From Octopus vulgaris (taxonomy: Eukaryota), in assembly GCA_951406725.2 (NCBI GenBank), contig OX597816.1, forward strand, positions 310,001 to 374,000: 64,000 nt of DNA. The letters are read 5' to 3'. Shown here in pieces: positions 63,622-64,000 of the stretch. The notes under the pieces are model-generated. The model did no database searches. It was not told the origin of the DNA and saw nothing but the letters and a program-made list of their open reading frames with translations. The stretch's first letter is position 1; every line of letters begins with the position of its first letter. A program made the position numbers and the translations under genes.

Positions 63622-63889
63622 CTGAAATTTTAAAAAAATGTTTCTCTCTTTAATAATCATATTTTTGTTGAAATATACTGCCTTTGTTTCAATTTTGAAA
63701 ATTGGGAAGGATTTAGAAAATTAACTTTATCATTATGAAGCTTGTGTTTGGAACATAAATTACCATGATGTTTTGATGAAAGGCTCCAATCTAAATAACT
63801 TCAAATTGTTTATTTTTGACATTACACAAAAATTAATTCTGAAAAGTTACTTCTTACTTCTAATTATTTATTTCACTTGTTTCATGCTC

Positions 63890-63921
<32 letters not shown>

Positions 63922-64000
63922 TTGGCCGTTGCCAGCCTCGCCTGGCCCCCGTGCCGGTGGCACGTAAAAAGCACCATCCGTCCGTGGCCGTTTGCCAGCT

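Overview
Eukaryotic, AT-rich, repeat-dense genomic DNA. The SINE/LINE repertoire suggests a coleoid cephalopod, most likely Octopus (inference). The whole window lies inside one large minus-strand gene. I could splice 22 GT-AG exons into a continuous 3657-nt (1219-codon) reading frame encoding about 17 tandem VWC (chordin-type) domains followed by a VWD domain, i.e. a kielin/chordin-like (KCP) BMP modulator. Its 5' and 3' ends lie outside the window. The introns hold RTE-type LINEs and their (GAT)n-tailed 3' ends, CR1/L2-type LINEs, a Hero-type and R4/Dong-type RLE retrotransposons, Penelope, Gypsy and mariner relics, piggyBac- and hAT-like MITEs, tRNA SINEs and microsatellites. Two LINE-in-LINE insertions have clear target-site duplications. 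Most notable observations: (1) several distinct minimal type-I hammerhead ribozyme motifs in the introns, one with a fully intact core at 3363-3405 and four in the sense of the host pre-mRNA; (2) the GDPH autoproteolysis motif of the VWD domain reads GNNH; (3) a tandem splice donor exactly at the VWC/VWD boundary could yield a VWC-only product. All calls were made by eye, with no database searches.
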